The translations under genes and the position numbers were made by a program. A stretch of 64,000 nucleotides of DNA from Acidimicrobiales bacterium. Lineage in GTDB: Bacteria > Actinomycetota > Acidimicrobiia > Acidimicrobiales > JAJPHD01. Positions 54,277 to 64,000 of the stretch are shown piece by piece; the first letter of the stretch is position 1; each line of letters begins with the position of its first letter. The stretch lies in assembly GCA_039583695.1 (NCBI GenBank), contig JAVKSL010000001.1, positions 10,926 to 74,925 on the forward strand. Reading direction: 5' to 3'. The notes under the pieces were generated by a model, which had not been told where the DNA came from, made no database searches, and saw nothing but the letters and a program-made list of their open reading frames with translations.

Positions 54277-55956
54277 ATGGCCTGGCCCGGAATCCGGGTG
54301 GTCGGGCCGCCCCGCCGGCCCCGCGCTGGCGACGAGCGTGGGTCGGTCCTCGTCTTCACGGCAGTGTCCCTTGTGGTCCTGCTTGGCGCGGCGGCGCTGT
54401 CGGTGGACATCGGGAACCTGAGCTTCACCAAGCGCAACTTGCAGTCGATAGCGGACGCCGCGGCGATGGACGCCCGCTTCGCGCTCGACCAGGGAGCCAA
54501 CTCCTGCGCGCAGGCGGTGGCCCTGGCCGACCAGAGCGCGGCAAATAACAACTTCGACCTCGCCATGTCCGGTAATACTCTCACAGTCACCCTTGGAAGC
54601 ACCGGGGTGGTCAACAACGTCGAGACCTTTGTCCCCGACCCGGCCACCTGCACGGTCCCGGGCGCCGATACCGCTCAGGCCGCCGCCACCGCGGTGCAGG
54701 TCCAAACCACCGGCAACGTGGCCTACTTCTTCGCTCCCGTAGTTTCCGGTATCGCTTCGGGCACGCCCTCTGCCACCGCTTTCTGGACGGGCGGCCCAGC
54801 TGAGACGGGCGTCTCCATCGGCACCACCCTGGCGAGCTTCAATACCGCCAACTCCGCGCTGTTGGACCCACTGTTCAGTGGCCTGCTAGGCGGGAACGTG
54901 GACCTCACCGCGGTCGGCTACCAGGGCCTGACCGGTGCCCACGTCACTCTTGGGCAGCTGGCGGCAGCGCTCAATATCGGTTCAGTCTCCCAACTCCTGA
55001 CGACGCAGATCACCTTTGGCCAGCTACTCACCGCAGAGGCGTATGCCCTTGGCACCGGACCTCAGGGAGCAACTGTGACGGCCGAGATCGCGGCACTCAA
55101 CGGTCTGGTTGGCACAGCCACCAGCAGCTCCTTCCCAACCACGTTCAGCCTGGGTCAGTTGATCAATGTTGCCGACCCGGGTGCCGCCTCGGCGGCCGAC
55201 GTCAGCAGCAACGTGCTGGGCCTGATCACTGCCGGCGCCGAGATTGCCGAAGGCACCGGAGCGAACGCCAAGGCGATCAATATTCCCAACGTGAGCCTCG
55301 GCTTGGCGGGCTTGACGACGACCAATGTCACCGCCAGCGTCATCCAAGCGCCGCAGGTGGCTTATGGTCCGGTGGGCACCTCGGCGACCACCTCGCAGGT
55401 GCAGGTGGCCCTCACCATGACAGTTGATGTGCCCTTGGTCGCTACGGTGACGATCCCACTCACGGTCACTGCGGCCTCAGGCAGGGCGACCATCGCTCAG
55501 ATAACCTGCCCCGGCACCACCCCTCCCGAGTTCAGCGTGAACACCCAAGCGCTCACCCTCAACCTGGGAACCCAAACGAATCCGCTGGTCATAGCGCCGC
55601 TGGACTCATCGCTCGGAAACATCAGCGCCTACGGTCCCATCGGCGTCGGTTCGTACGGACCTGTGCTCCTCCCTGGTCCCTATCCAGAGCAGATCCCGGG
55701 ACAGCCCACCCAGGTCGTGTCGCTCTCCCAGCTTCAAGGCTTGACTGTCGAAGGCGGCGGCCTCCTGGGCGGCGTCGGAGGGCTTCTCGCACCGGTCGTG
55801 GGCGCAGTCCTGCCTGCTCTGGTGCAGCCGCTCGACACAGTGGTCGTGTCCTTGGTTGACCCCATCCTGGGAGCGCTGGGGGCCGGTATCGACTCTGGCT
55901 TCGTGGGCAACCCCGGACCGACGATCTGCGGCACCGCCAGCGGGTCCCTCTACTGA
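54277..55956 (+). CDS. TadG-like / Tad_N-domain protein, large Ala/Gly/Thr-rich extracellular part
   Basis: ERGSVLVFTAVSLVVLLGAAALSVDIGNLSFTKRNLQSIADAAAMDA (putative Flp pilus-assembly TadE/G-like N-terminus). Confidence 0.7.
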   Translation: MAWPGIRVVGPPRRPRAGDERGSVLVFTAVSLVVLLGAAALSVDIGNLSFTKRNLQSIADAAAMDARFALDQGANSCAQAVALADQSAANNNFDLAMSGNTLTVTLGSTGVVNNVETFVPDPATCTVPGADTAQAAATAVQVQTTGNVAYFFAPVVSGIASGTPSATAFWTGGPAETGVSIGTTLASFNTANSALLDPLFSGLLGGNVDLTAVGYQGLTGAHVTLGQLAAALNIGSVSQLLTTQITFGQLLTAEAYALGTGPQGATVTAEIAALNGLVGTATSSSFPTTFSLGQLINVADPGAASAADVSSNVLGLITAGAEIAEGTGANAKAINIPNVSLGLAGLTTTNVTASVIQAPQVAYGPVGTSATTSQVQVALTMTVDVPLVATVTIPLTVTAASGRATIAQITCPGTTPPEFSVNTQALTLNLGTQTNPLVIAPLDSSLGNISAYGPIGVGSYGPVLLPGPYPEQIPGQPTQVVSLSQLQGLTVEGGGLLGGVGGLLAPVVGAVLPALVQPLDTVVVSLVDPILGALGAGIDSGFVGNPGPTICGTASGSLY

Positions 55957-56108
55957 TCTTGGACCCATGCTTGTGGACATGCCGCGCCTCAGATTCGCTT
56001 GGGTGGTAGCGCTCGCAGCGGCACCTCCCAGCTTGCCTGGGTCAACAAATCCGACGACTTCTCATTGAGCCGGCGGACCTGCGGGAGCTGTTGGATGACG
56101 CGGTTGAC

Positions 56109-56285
56109 TCCGGCCGCATCGGGCTCGATGAGGCCTATGACGCGGCTCTTGCCGACGTAGTCGGTCACGGAAGGCGCAAGACGGAACTGAGCTCACCAGC
56201 GCGCCTGTCGACCTCGAGGCCGGACGCATCGGGCTCGACGAGGCGTACGGGAGGGAGGACCAACCCAGCGCGCCTGGCAGAATTG
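56109..56285. repeat. Degenerate direct repeat in the tadG-like / oxidoreductase intergenic region
   Basis: CCGGCCGCATCGGGCTCGATGAGGCCTATGAC...CACCAGCGCGCCTGTC is repeated as CCGGACGCATCGGGCTCGACGAGGCGTACGGG...CCCAGCGCGCCTGGC. The second unit is ~40 nt shorter. Confidence 0.6.
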
Positions 56286-56290
56286 CCGCC

Positions 56291-57682
56291 ATGAAGCGAT
56301 TCGAGGTGATTGTGCTTGGTGGCGGCTCAGCCGGAGAGTACGTGGCAACGGGGCTGGCCAGGGCCGGCCGGGGCGTAGCGCTGGTGGAGGCCTCCCGGGT
56401 GGGAGGCGAGTGTCCCTATGTGGCCTGCATGCCCAGCAAGGCGCTCCTGGCGTCTGCGGCCGCCCGGCATCGCGCACTGCGGGCCCACACACTCGGCGGC
56501 ACGGCGGGGCCGCTGAGCCTGGACGATCCGGCGGCGGCTTGGGCCGCGGCCGTTGCTCACCGCGACCTGGTTGCCGCGTTTCGCGACGACAGTGCCTCGG
56601 CTCGCTCCGTGGTCGAGGCGGGTGTGACCCTGGTCCGGGGCTTTGGCAGCATCGCCGGCCCCGGCCACCTGGAGATCTATGGGGAGGACCACGTGTGGGA
56701 CGACCTGGTGATCGCCACGGGGAGCGCGGCGATGATCCCACCGATCGAAGGCTTGGCCGACGTGGGCTTCTGGACGAGCGACCAGGCCCTGTCAGCCGAC
56801 ATGCTGCCCGACTCGCTCGGCGTGATCGGTGGGGGTCCCGTCGGATGCGAGCTGGCCCAGGTGTACGCCCGATTTGGCGTGTCGGTGACCTTGATCGAGC
56901 TCGCCGACCGGCTCGTAGCGGCCGAGGAGCCTGCGGTGTCGGAGCTGATGGCTGACGCCCTTGGTTCCGACGGTGTGACCCTCGAGCTTGGATGTCGAGT
57001 CCGGACTGCCGTCTCCACGCCCGAGGGAATTGCCCTCACCCTTGAAGGTGCGCGTCACGGCCAGGTCGTGGTCAGCCAGCTTCTGGTAGTAGCCGGACGT
57101 AGGCCGGCTGTCGAGGACCTGGGTCTGGAGACCCTCGGCATCGAGGCGGGCACGAAGGGCCTCCAAGTGGACAGCCACTGTCGGGTAGTCGGGCAGGATC
57201 ACGTGTGGGCTGCTGGTGATGTAACTGGGGTTGCGCCGTTCACGCATACGGCCAACTACCAGGCCCGGGTGTGCATCACCAACTTGTCAGGCGGCGATGC
57301 CAGCGCCGATTATCGGGCGATCCCCCGCTGCGTGTACACCGACCCCGCCCTTGCATCTGTCGGTCTGACAGTCTCAGGCGCAGTGGCGTCCGGGGTTGAC
57401 ATAGCTGTGACCAGCGCGCACGTCGAGCAGACGGCCAGGGCATCCAGCGATGGACCGCCCGGGGGCCTGTTGATGCTGGTGGCGGACCGCGATCGACAGG
57501 TGCTGGTGGGGGCCTCCGCGATCGGCCCCCACGCGGATGAGTGGATCGGCGAGGCTGTCCTTGCCATCCGCGCCGAGATACCGTTGGCCGTCCTGGCCGA
57601 GGTGGTCCACCCGTTTCCCACCTTCAGCGAGGTCTATGAGCCTGCGCTGCGCGAACTGGCACGAAGCGCCGGCAAGGTATGA
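56291..57682 (+). CDS. FAD-dependent pyridine nucleotide-disulfide oxidoreductase (class I, Lpd/mercuric/mycothione-reductase-like)
   Basis: VIVLGGGSAGEY, GGECPYVACMPSK (CxxxxC redox pair), a second Rossmann motif GVIGGGPVGCELA, and C-terminal HPFPTFSE. Confidence 0.88.
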   Translation: MKRFEVIVLGGGSAGEYVATGLARAGRGVALVEASRVGGECPYVACMPSKALLASAAARHRALRAHTLGGTAGPLSLDDPAAAWAAAVAHRDLVAAFRDDSASARSVVEAGVTLVRGFGSIAGPGHLEIYGEDHVWDDLVIATGSAAMIPPIEGLADVGFWTSDQALSADMLPDSLGVIGGGPVGCELAQVYARFGVSVTLIELADRLVAAEEPAVSELMADALGSDGVTLELGCRVRTAVSTPEGIALTLEGARHGQVVVSQLLVVAGRRPAVEDLGLETLGIEAGTKGLQVDSHCRVVGQDHVWAAGDVTGVAPFTHTANYQARVCITNLSGGDASADYRAIPRCVYTDPALASVGLTVSGAVASGVDIAVTSAHVEQTARASSDGPPGGLLMLVADRDRQVLVGASAIGPHADEWIGEAVLAIRAEIPLAVLAEVVHPFPTFSEVYEPALRELARSAGKV

Positions 57683-57788
57683 GTTCGGGTTGGCCATCCG
57701 CCTGAGGGGCCCGTTCCTCACTGTGATGGCGGCATACCGGCGTTGTGGCTGCAGCACCGGCGGTTCGTCTGCAGGAGCGACGACGGCC

Positions 57789-59150
57789 TCAGCCCCCGCG
57801 CAGCAGCTCGGCGACCCTGAAGGCGAGGTCGAGGGACTGGCTGGCGTTGAGGCGGGGGTCGCAGGTGGTGGTGTAGCGAAGGGCGAGGTCGTCCTCGGCG
57901 ACCTCGTGAGCGCCACCCAGGCACTCCGTGACGTCGTCACCGGTGAGCTCCACGTGCACGCCGCCCGGCCAGGTCCCGACCTCGGCGTGGGCAGCGAAGA
58001 ATCCCCTGATCTCCTCCAAGATGTCCTCGAAGCGCCTGGTCTTGCGCCCGTCCCCAGAGAAGAAGGTGTTCCCGTGCATCGGGTCGCACGCCCACACGAC
58101 GGGGTGCCCCGACTCGACGACCGCTCGGAGCAAAGCTGGCAAGACCGACCGAACCCTGCCGGCGCCCATCCGGGACACCAGGGTGAGCCGCCCAGGGGTC
58201 CTGCCGGGGTCCAAGACATCGCACAGGGCCACCAGCTCGGCCGGTGTCGTGGTCGGGCCGATCTTGGCACCCAGCGGGTTGTGGATCCCCCGCAGGAACT
58301 CCACGTGCGCGCCGTCCAGCAACCGGGTCCGCTCGCCCACCCACACCAGGTGCGCCGAGCAGTCGTAGAAATCGCCCGTGAGGCTATCACGTCGGGTCAA
58401 CGCCTCTTCCCAGGCCAGCAACAACGCCTCGTGGCTGGTCCAGAACTCCACCTGGTGCAGGTTGGTGGCCCGATCCGGGTCGATCCGGCAGGCCCGCATG
58501 AAACGCAACGCCCTCTCGATCTCAGCCGCGATGACCTCGTAGCGCTGGCCCTCGGGGCTGCGGGCCACGAACTCCTGGTTCCACACATGCACCTGGGAGA
58601 GATCGGCGAATCCGCCCCGGGTGAAGGCACGCAACAGGTTGAGGGTCGAGGCCGCCTGGTGGTATGCGTCCAGCAGGCGTGACGGGTCAGGAATCCGTCC
58701 CTCGACGGTGGGAACGTCGTCGTGAACGATGTGACCCCGGAATGCCGGCAGCTCCACCCCATCCACCGATTCGGTTTCCGCAGAGCGGGGCTTGGCGAAC
58801 TGTCCGGCGATCCGGCCCAGCTTGATCACGGGCACGCCTGCCCCATAGGTGAGAACCACCGCCATCTGCAGGATCACCTTCAGCTTGTCGCGGATCGCGT
58901 CGGCGCTCCAATCCGCGAAGGACTCGGCGCAGTCGCCAGCTTGGAGGAGGAACGCCTGCCCGGCGGCTACCTCGGCCAGCGCGCCCTGGAGCTGGCGGGC
59001 CTCGCCGGCGAAGACCAGGGGCGGCATCGACCCCAGCGTCTTGAGAGCGCCGGCAAGGGCGGCCTCGTCGGGCCAGGTCGGCTGCTGTGCCGCAAGCCGT
59101 TCACGCCAGCTTCCCGGGCGCCAGGGAGTGAGGGTCATGGCCCGGCCCAT
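57789..59150 (-). CDS. aroG: Class II 3-deoxy-7-phosphoheptulonate (DAHP) synthase
   Basis: QQPTWPD...[36 protein letters not shown]...ACDPMHGN...HVELTG are class II AroG signatures. Confidence 0.92.
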   Translation of the reverse strand: MGRAMTLTPWRPGSWRERLAAQQPTWPDEAALAGALKTLGSMPPLVFAGEARQLQGALAEVAAGQAFLLQAGDCAESFADWSADAIRDKLKVILQMAVVLTYGAGVPVIKLGRIAGQFAKPRSAETESVDGVELPAFRGHIVHDDVPTVEGRIPDPSRLLDAYHQAASTLNLLRAFTRGGFADLSQVHVWNQEFVARSPEGQRYEVIAAEIERALRFMRACRIDPDRATNLHQVEFWTSHEALLLAWEEALTRRDSLTGDFYDCSAHLVWVGERTRLLDGAHVEFLRGIHNPLGAKIGPTTTPAELVALCDVLDPGRTPGRLTLVSRMGAGRVRSVLPALLRAVVESGHPVVWACDPMHGNTFFSGDGRKTRRFEDILEEIRGFFAAHAEVGTWPGGVHVELTGDDVTECLGGAHEVAEDDLALRYTTTCDPRLNASQSLDLAFRVAELLRGG

Positions 59151-59235
59151 GCTAGCGCGACGCCGCCGCGACGATCATTTGCCCCGCCACCAAATTCACC
59201 GCCATATTTGGCGCAAAAGAAATGTTGTAAGCCAG

Positions 59236-61818
59236 TTGGTTCTTTTCGGAGTATGTATCTCCGAAAGCGGTCACGGGCCATCGTCCGGGCCGCCAGATAC
59301 CCACCGGCACTCTGTAGCATCACTCGGCATCGAGCCCATCTACGACTTTCGCGCGGTGGAGAGGCGCTGGCAGGAGCGCTGGATTGCCGAGGGGACCTGG
59401 GAGGTCGACGCCGACGACCCCCGGCCGCCGTATTACGTGCTGTGCATGTACCCCTACCCGAGCGGGCCGGCGCACCAGGGCCACGTGCGCAACTACACCT
59501 TCGGGGACCTCAACGTTCGCTGGAGGACGATGCTGGGTTACGCCGTGCTGTCGCCGATCGGGTTCGACTCCTTCGGGCTGCCCGCGGAGAACGCGGCCAT
59601 CGCCACCGGGGTGCATCCCCGGGTCTTCACGGAGGCTCGCATAGCCGAGCTGCGTGCCAGCCTGGTGCGCCTGGGAGCGGCGTATGACTGGCGGCGAGAG
59701 GTGCGCAGCCACGATCCGGAGTACATGCGCTGGAACCAGGTGTTCTTTGTCCGGATGCTCGAGGCCGGGCTGGCCTACCGGGCCAGTGCGCCGGTGAACT
59801 GGTGCCCTGGTTGCCGCACAGTCCTGGCGAACGAGCAGGTGCTGGCCGACGGGACCTGCGACCGCAGCGGGGACCTGGTGGAGCGCCGGCAGCTGGAGCA
59901 GTGGTTTCTCCGGATCACGGCTTATGCCGATGAGCTGCTAGAGGCTCTTCCGGCCCTCGATTGGCCCGAGCGGGTCAAGGTGATGCAGCGCAACTGGATC
60001 GGGCGGTCCGAGGGGGCCGAGCTATCCCTGGCTGTGCAGGGTCGCCCCGAGCTGAGCGTGGAGGTGTTCACGACCCGACCGGACACCCTGGGCGGGGTCA
60101 CCTACGCCGTTCTCGCGCCCGAGCACCCGCTGGTGGGGTCGCTGACGGCCCCGGCACAGCGGGCCGAGGTGGAGGCGCTTGTCAAGTCGGTGGCTCGGCT
60201 CTCGGACATCGAACGCCAGGCGGGGGCGGGGACCGACCGCGTCGCGTTGGCCAAGCGGGGGGCGTTCACTGGGGCCCACGTCATCAACCCGCTCACCGGA
60301 GCCCCGGTGCCGGTCTATGTGGCCGACTACGTGCTCATGGGGTACGGAACCGGCGCCATCATGGCCGTGCCGGCCGAGGACCAGCGGGACTGGGACTTTG
60401 CGGCCGCCTATGACCTGCCGGTCGTGCGGACCGTGGCACCGCCACAAGCTTGGGAGGGGGAGGCATACATCGGCGACGGCGTGAAGATCAATAGCTCGTT
60501 CATGGACGGCATGACCGTGACGGAGGCCAGGGCGGAGGCGATCGAGTGGCTGGAGCGCACCGGATTCGGGACCCGCAAGGTCAACTACCGCCTGAGGGAC
60601 TGGCTGATCAGCCGCCAGCGCTACTGGGGATGCCCGATTCCCGTCGTGTACTGCGAGCGTTGTGGTGTCGTCCCCGTGCCCGAGGACGAGCTGCCGGTCA
60701 TGTTGCCTGACGACGTGGAGTTCGCCCCGACGGGGGAGCCGCCCCTCGCCAGCTGCCCGGAGTTCGTAAAGGCGCTGTGTCCACGCTGTGGCGGGCCGGC
60801 GAGGCGCGAGACCGACACCATGGATACCTTCGTGGACTCGTCGTGGTACTTCCTTCGAATGTGCGACCTACCCCAGGGCGCCCCCGCGCCCCCAACTGCT
60901 CCTTTTGACCCCGCAGCTGTCGCTCGCTGGATGCCCGTGGACACCTACATCGGAGGTGTCACCCATGCCATCATGCACCTGCTGTACGCCAGATTCTTCA
61001 CTCGGGTCCTGGGGGACCTGGACTTTGCCCCCGCAGCACTGCGTGAGCCCTTCGGGAGGCTGTTCACCCAGGGAATGATCCGTATGGGAGGGCGGGCCAT
61101 GTCCAAGTCCAAGGGGAACGTCGTTGCCCCGGAGCGCTACTTCGACAGCGTTGGCGCTGACGCCCTCCGGGTGTTTCACCTGTCGGTCGGCCCGCCCGCC
61201 GACGATGTGGACTGGACCTCCCAGACCGATGAGCTGATCGAGGGCTGCGCCCGCTGGTTGGGCAGGGTCTGGCGCCTGGCGGTTGGAGTGAGCGCGGCGG
61301 ACGAGACCTCTGACCGGGCGGGCGCAGCGCCTGACCTGGCGCTGAGAAGGGTGACCCATCGGGCGATCCAGGCCGTGACCCGGGACTTCGAGCGCTGGTC
61401 CTACAACACCGCGGTCGCGCGTCTTCGGGAGCTGACGAACGCCATCCATGCCTACCTGGGATGCCCTGAGGGACCGCAGACTGCCACGCTCACCGAGGCT
61501 GTCGACACACTGCTCTTGCTGCTGAACCCAATGGCCCCCCACCTGGTCGCGGAGTGCTGGGAGCGCCGCCACGGCGGCGAAGTGAGCACGCAGCCCTGGC
61601 CAGTCGCCGACCCCGACCTGGTGCGCGACGACACTACGACCCTGGTGGTCCAGCTCAACGGCAAGGTTCGCGACCGGCTGGAGGTCGATCCGGGGATCAG
61701 CGAATCCGAAGCTGCGGCGCTGGCACTGGCGTCACCCAAGGTCGTCGAGCGCCTCGCTGGCGTCGAGCCCCGCCGCGTCGTGGTCCGGCCTCCGAACCTG
61801 GTGAACATCGTCGTTTGA
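59236..61818 (+). CDS. leuS: Leucine--tRNA ligase (start codon uncertain)
   Basis: [14 protein letters not shown]..., [14 protein letters not shown] (HIGH-type), KMSKSKGN (here AMSKSKGN) and a CP1 editing domain. The only canonical in-frame starts near the conserved N-terminus are TTG 59236 and GTG 59356. Confidence 0.9.
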   Translation: MVLFGVCISESGHGPSSGPPDTHRHSVASLGIEPIYDFRAVERRWQERWIAEGTWEVDADDPRPPYYVLCMYPYPSGPAHQGHVRNYTFGDLNVRWRTMLGYAVLSPIGFDSFGLPAENAAIATGVHPRVFTEARIAELRASLVRLGAAYDWRREVRSHDPEYMRWNQVFFVRMLEAGLAYRASAPVNWCPGCRTVLANEQVLADGTCDRSGDLVERRQLEQWFLRITAYADELLEALPALDWPERVKVMQRNWIGRSEGAELSLAVQGRPELSVEVFTTRPDTLGGVTYAVLAPEHPLVGSLTAPAQRAEVEALVKSVARLSDIERQAGAGTDRVALAKRGAFTGAHVINPLTGAPVPVYVADYVLMGYGTGAIMAVPAEDQRDWDFAAAYDLPVVRTVAPPQAWEGEAYIGDGVKINSSFMDGMTVTEARAEAIEWLERTGFGTRKVNYRLRDWLISRQRYWGCPIPVVYCERCGVVPVPEDELPVMLPDDVEFAPTGEPPLASCPEFVKALCPRCGGPARRETDTMDTFVDSSWYFLRMCDLPQGAPAPPTAPFDPAAVARWMPVDTYIGGVTHAIMHLLYARFFTRVLGDLDFAPAALREPFGRLFTQGMIRMGGRAMSKSKGNVVAPERYFDSVGADALRVFHLSVGPPADDVDWTSQTDELIEGCARWLGRVWRLAVGVSAADETSDRAGAAPDLALRRVTHRAIQAVTRDFERWSYNTAVARLRELTNAIHAYLGCPEGPQTATLTEAVDTLLLLLNPMAPHLVAECWERRHGGEVSTQPWPVADPDLVRDDTTTLVVQLNGKVRDRLEVDPGISESEAAALALASPKVVERLAGVEPRRVVVRPPNLVNIVV
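59242..59267 (+). promoter_or_regulatory. Hairpin in the leuS leader / 5' region
   Basis: TTTCGGAG-TATGTAT-CTCCGAAA (8-bp perfect stem) in an AT-rich patch. Confidence 0.3.
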
Positions 61819-61845
61819 GGGGCCGCGGCCGGCGACATCGGCCCC
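61819..61845 (+). terminator. GC-rich hairpin right after the leuS stop
   Basis: GGGGCCG-N13-CGGCCCC begins 1 nt after TGA 61816-61818. A weak T-run follows (GGTTTC). Confidence 0.4.
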
Positions 61846-61854
61846 CAGACGGTT

Positions 61855-61899
61855 TCATGTGGCTGAATGAGCCAGTGGCTGGCACTTATAGCCACATGA
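61855..61899. repeat. Nested palindrome downstream of leuS
   Basis: TCATGTGGCT-N25-AGCCACATGA (10-bp perfect), enclosing GCCAG-TGG-CTGGC. Confidence 0.6.
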
Positions 61900-62050
61900 A
61901 CGATTGAGGGAGCTCGTGCCGAGCCGCCGAACCCGAGCCGCCGAACCCGAGACCAACGGAAGCCCGAGCCCAACAAGAGCACATCCCGGTCGAACCCTGC
62001 TTGCAGGCATTGTCACCAACCTGTCAGACTGGGTGGACCAGGAGGAAAGA

Positions 62051-62902
62051 GTGCCCCAAGTCGAAGACCCCAGCTGGTCGCCCCTCGTCGGCGAGGATGC
62101 GATCGTCGAGGTGTTCGACGAGCTCATGCGCACGACCCGTGTGCTTCATGCCGCCGTGGGGGTAAGGGCCATGCTGCAGGCCATAGTTGACCTGGCCGTG
62201 GAAACCGTCGAGGCTTGCGACGCTTCCAGCATCTTTGTCCTTGACCAAGCTGGATCGGTGCACGTTCCGGCCTTCTCGGGGCCGTTGCTCGAAGCGATCC
62301 AAACCAGGATCCGCGAGGGGCCCTGCATCGATGCCATCGTCACCAAGAAAGTCCATTATGCCGCTGACCTGGCTAATGACGAGCGCTGGCCATGCTTCGG
62401 GGCCCTCGCTGCCGCTGCGGGGATCCGCTGCCTGCTCGCCCTGCCCCTGGGTGACGATGGCACGCTCGGCGCCCTGAACCTGTATGCGGCCTACCCCAAC
62501 GCCTTCGGGATCATCGACCGGGCCAAGGCGTCGGTCCTTGTAACCCTGGCCGGTCCGGCGGTGGCCAGCACCAGGGCCCACGAGATCCAGGAGCGCCGGG
62601 CCGAGAACTTGCAGGCGGCCCTGGAGACAAGGGAGCTCATCGGCCAGGCGCAGGGCATCCTCATGGAGCGCGAGTGGATAAGCGCCGATCAAGCGTTTGT
62701 CATCTTGCGCAAGGGTTCCCAAGACCTCAACATCAAGCTGTGTGAGGTGGCCAAACGCCTGGTGGAGACAGGCGAGCAGCCCCGCACGAACCCTCAGAGA
62801 GCCAAGGCCCGGCAGCGCCCGCCCGAGACGGGACCCAAGATCCTGGCCCAAGGCCCCGGCCCAGACCCGGAATCGACTCCTGACGAATCAGGACTCGGCT
62901 GA
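62051..62902 (+). CDS. GAF-ANTAR RNA-binding antitermination-type regulator
   Basis: A GAF-like sensor followed by the ANTAR motif [52 protein letters not shown] 62051 follows GGAGGAAAGA; the tracked ORF begins at 61904. Confidence 0.85.
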   Translation: MPQVEDPSWSPLVGEDAIVEVFDELMRTTRVLHAAVGVRAMLQAIVDLAVETVEACDASSIFVLDQAGSVHVPAFSGPLLEAIQTRIREGPCIDAIVTKKVHYAADLANDERWPCFGALAAAAGIRCLLALPLGDDGTLGALNLYAAYPNAFGIIDRAKASVLVTLAGPAVASTRAHEIQERRAENLQAALETRELIGQAQGILMEREWISADQAFVILRKGSQDLNIKLCEVAKRLVETGEQPRTNPQRAKARQRPPETGPKILAQGPGPDPESTPDESGLG

Positions 62903-63160
62903 GCCGAGCGCGGCAACCCGGCGCATGAGGGCCGACTTGCGGTTGGAGGCCTGGTTGGCGTGGATGATCCCCTTCGCTGCGGCCATGTCCAAGCGCTTGC
63001 AGGCCATTCGCAAGGCCTCGGCGGACTCCGGCGCACCCGCCTCGGCTGTGGCGACAGCGGTCTTGATCCGCGTCTTTACCTCGGAACGCACACCCTTGTT
63101 CCGCACCCGTAGGCGTTCGTTCTGGCGGTTGCGCTTGATCTGGCTCTTGATGTTTGCCAC
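62888..63160 (-). CDS. rpsT: 30S ribosomal protein S20
   Basis: [33 protein letters not shown]... Confidence 0.95.
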   Translation of the reverse strand: MANIKSQIKRNRQNERLRVRNKGVRSEVKTRIKTAVATAEAGAPESAEALRMACKRLDMAAAKGIIHANQASNRKSALMRRVAALGSAES

Positions 63161-63261
63161 GGCGCATCACCCTAGCACCCGACGCACCCGACGCACCCCG
63201 CGGGCGCACCCGATATGAGTGGGCACGGGTGCGGCCGGACGCGGGGGCATATTCCGTAAAG

Positions 63262-64000
63262 ATGGCTGGCACAGTGACCCTGCGCTCCCAAACACCGCCC
63301 GCCCTGATACGCAACCTGTCGGTCATCGCTCACATCGACCACGGCAAGTCGACCCTGTCGGACCGAATCCTGGAGCTCACCGGGGCCGTCGACCCCCGGG
63401 AGATGCGGGAGCAGTACCTCGACACCATGGACATCGAGCGGGAGCGGGGCATCACCATCAAGGCGCAGAACGTGAGGGTCGGATGGCGCGGCCACGTCCT
63501 GCACCTGATCGACACGCCGGGCCACGTGGACTTCGCGTACGAGGTGAGCAGGTCGCTGGTCGCGTGTGAGGGGGCAGTCCTGCTGGTCGACGCCTCCCAG
63601 GGGATCGAGGCCCAGACCCTCGCCACCTGCTACCAGGCCCTGGAGCACGACCTGGAGATCGTCGCGGTGCTCAACAAGATCGACTTGGCCGCCGCCGAGC
63701 CTGACCGCTGCGCGGAGGAGATCGAGCGGGTCCTGGGGATCGACGCGGCCGGCATCCTGCGGATCTCGGCCAAGACCGGCGAGGGTGTCCCCGCCCTGCT
63801 GGACGCGGTGGTCGAGCGCATCCCCCCGCCGAGCGGCGACCCCGACGCGCCGCTGCGGGCGCTCATATTCGACTCCTACTACGACCGCTACCGGGGCGTG
63901 GTGAGCGCGGTGCGGGTGGTGGACGGGCGACTCGCCCCCCCCCAGCGCGTGCGCTTCATGCAGACCGGGGTGGTGCACGAGGCCGAGGAGGTGGGGGTGC
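63262..64000 (+). CDS. lepA: Elongation factor 4 (LepA), 3' end outside the window
   Basis: Absent from the ORF track because there is no stop in the window. ATG 63262 reads [41 protein letters not shown]...DTPGHVDF...LNKIDL GTPase motifs. Confidence 0.92.
   Translation, partial: MAGTVTLRSQTPPALIRNLSVIAHIDHGKSTLSDRILELTGAVDPREMREQYLDTMDIERERGITIKAQNVRVGWRGHVLHLIDTPGHVDFAYEVSRSLVACEGAVLLVDASQGIEAQTLATCYQALEHDLEIVAVLNKIDLAAAEPDRCAEEIERVLGIDAAGILRISAKTGEGVPALLDAVVERIPPPSGDPDAPLRALIFDSYYDRYRGVVSAVRVVDGRLAPPQRVRFMQTGVVHEAEEVGV

Noticed and set aside
56091-56294. 67-aa ORF in the tadG-like / oxidoreductase gap as a real gene.
   Set aside because: Half of it is Arg/Ser/Thr/Pro low-complexity sequence. 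It spans a degenerate repeat whose second unit is out of frame, and it has no RBS.
59151-59340. T-box riboswitch upstream of leuS.
   Set aside because: There is no T-box sequence (…GGGUGGNACCGCG…) or specifier-loop architecture on the plus strand. Only a simple 8-bp hairpin is present.

Overview
This is a high-GC (roughly 65-70%) chromosomal segment that looks actinobacterial. Genes are densely packed, GTG/TTG starts are common, and many neighbours overlap by 4 nt (ATGA/GTGA), which suggests translational coupling. All calls come from reading the six-frame track and the raw sequence, and from motifs I recognise; no searches were run.

Gene content, in order:
- 1-13 kb: a partial HdrD-like Fe-S oxidoreductase, gpmA, the heat-shock operon dnaK-grpE-dnaJ-hspR, a small ORF plus a large LAL-type LuxR regulator, and clpB.
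- 13-20.8 kb: a LigC-like ATP-dependent DNA ligase, a PRX_like2 thioredoxin-fold gene interrupted by an in-frame TGA, uppP, a Tat-exported BBE-type FAD oxidase, and deacetylase, HAD and epimerase genes.
- 20.8-28.4 kb: a six-gene complex-I / group-4-hydrogenase-like operon on the minus strand.
- 28.6-33.1 kb: a solitary beta-class DNA methyltransferase, then a HemD-winged-helix regulator divergent from narK.
- 33-45 kb: an accessory, decaying stretch. It holds a truncated MmyB-like regulator fused to a transposase fragment, a deleted MFS gene, a frameshifted DUF2255 gene, a CMD-cupin-ADH-SDR block, TetR plus three VOC genes, BrnTA and HigBA-like toxin-antitoxin pairs, ArsR plus a frameshifted SRPBCC gene, and an IS110 remnant abutting a 5'-truncated MBL-rhodanese gene.
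- 45.6-52.8 kb: rhodanese and DsbA-like genes, then a cell-envelope mannosylation cluster (MptB-like, Ppm1-like, GT-C-like, PIG-L).
- 52.9-64 kb: Flp/TadE/TadG-like pilus genes, a flavoprotein disulfide reductase, class II DAHP synthase, leuS, a GAF-ANTAR regulator, rpsT and partial lepA.

Most interesting observations:
1. A candidate selenoprotein. The TGA sits exactly where the first Cys of the CxxC motif belongs, giving UxxC, and a SECIS-like hairpin follows it.
2. The hydrogenase-like operon has lost all NiFe ligands and every Cys of the NuoB-type cluster. It looks like an Ehr-type, largely redox-dead complex with only one predicted 4Fe-4S cluster left.
3. Two copies of a 107-nt palindromic element (33-nt arms, 41-nt loop) lie between convergent genes. 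Their arms co-vary and their tips contain or abut stop codons.

No rRNA, tRNA or CRISPR array was seen.
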